A DNA stretch of 5,313 nt from positions 1-5,313 of the forward strand of contig JBAWVI010000066.1 in assembly GCA_037147375.1 (NCBI GenBank). The letters run 5' to 3'. The notes beneath the pieces are model-generated. The model saw only the letters and a list, made by a program, of their open reading frames with translations, had not been told where the DNA came from and did not search any database. Positions 5,044-5,313 of this stretch are shown here, one piece after another (the stretch's first letter is position 1; each line of letters begins with the position of its first letter). Both the position numbers and the translations under genes were made by a program. The DNA is from an archaeon (GTDB lineage Archaea > Iainarchaeota > Iainarchaeia > Iainarchaeales > CSSED10-239).

Positions 5044-5095
5044 TAGGACTAAATATATAGATTTTATATACTTTTTATCCTAAATAGCATCTTTC

Positions 5096-5313
5096 TTATA
5101 TAACTTTACCATTTGCAACAATTAGAGCATGATATTCTTGATATAGCTTGTAATCTCTTTTTAGATTATCCATAAATAGCTTCTGAATATCTTCGTAACT
5201 TGTTTTTTCATTTATAATCTTGTTTGTAAGAAGAAGTTTTCTTGTGTATGCATCTACTACAAAGATTGGTTTCTTGTATGCATAAAGAAGAATTGAATCT
5301 GCAGTTTCTGGTC
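5096..5313 (-). CDS. Endonuclease III-like HhH-GPD DNA glycosylase, C-terminal 71 codons only. The 5' part lies beyond the window edge.
   Basis: This ORF is not in the supplied track because it runs off the window. Manual translation of the minus strand from 5311 gives PETADSILLYAYKKPIFVVDAYTRKLLLTNKIINEKTSYEDIQKLFMDNLKRDYKLYQEYHALIVANGKVI, followed by TAA at 5096-5098. G(I/V)GPETADxILLYA is the helix-hairpin-helix motif. FVVDAYTRR contains the conserved catalytic Asp of HhH-GPD enzymes, and EFHALIV is the usual following helix in endonuclease III-related (COG2231-type) proteins. Confidence 0.8.
   Translation of the reverse strand, partial: PETADSILLYAYKKPIFVVDAYTRKLLLTNKIINEKTSYEDIQKLFMDNLKRDYKLYQEYHALIVANGKVI

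Larger units (their letters stand above)
5013..5064. repeat. Perfect 12-nt direct repeat ATATATAGATTT (5013-5024 and 5053-5064), 40 bp apart, in the Fic upstream region.
   Basis: Both copies were read directly from the sequence. They bracket the TATA box and the TACTACTATA motif. Confidence 0.5.

Noticed and set aside
1-5313. Search for CRISPR repeats, tRNA/rRNA, IS elements with terminal inverted repeats, integrase, reverse transcriptase or known defence-system enzymes.
   Set aside because: No regularly spaced repeats of 24 nt or longer were seen. No intergenic stretch has tRNA-like GC-rich stems; the longest spacer is 174 nt and is AT-rich. All long ORFs are accounted for by the families listed.

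Overview
This is a very AT-rich window (roughly 25-30% GC by eye) with seven tightly packed protein-coding features. I saw no rRNA, tRNA, CRISPR array, transposase or integrase. All family assignments rest on motifs and on reference sequences recalled from memory; no search was run.

Gene content in order:
- 76-321 (-): a decayed KilA-N fragment.
- 334-1017 (-): a DinD-like gene whose 5' end looks compromised.
- 1192-2202 (+): a 336-aa protein with an N-terminal winged-HTH and an uncharacterised body.
- 2219-2872 (-): an MsAcT-like SGNH/GDSL hydrolase.
- 2967-3797 (+): a membrane-anchored GIN/DUF2807 beta-helix repeat protein.
- 3825-5003 (-): a 392-aa wHTH-Fic fusion.
- 5096-5313 (-, partial): the C-terminus of an endonuclease III-like HhH-GPD glycosylase.

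Consensus archaeal-type TATA boxes (TTTAAATA three times, TTTATAAA once) sit in every promoter-bearing intergenic region. Two of them lie about 27-30 nt upstream of a start codon, which implies leaderless transcripts. I therefore suspect a small-genome, DPANN-like archaeon, but I cannot prove this from the sequence.

The most interesting signals:
1. The motif TACTACTAT occurs exactly three times in the window, always in promoter regions. These are the promoters of the two wHTH genes and of the dinD-like gene.
2. The orphan wHTH protein carries a patch resembling the GepA/SocA (Panacea) antitoxin domain.
3. The Fic protein has an unusual architecture and a GNG->GNS active-site variant.
4. The KilA-N/DinD pair looks like a decayed virus- or mobile-element-derived remnant.
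5. The SGNH hydrolase is compositionally atypical and has substitutions at two canonical catalytic positions.
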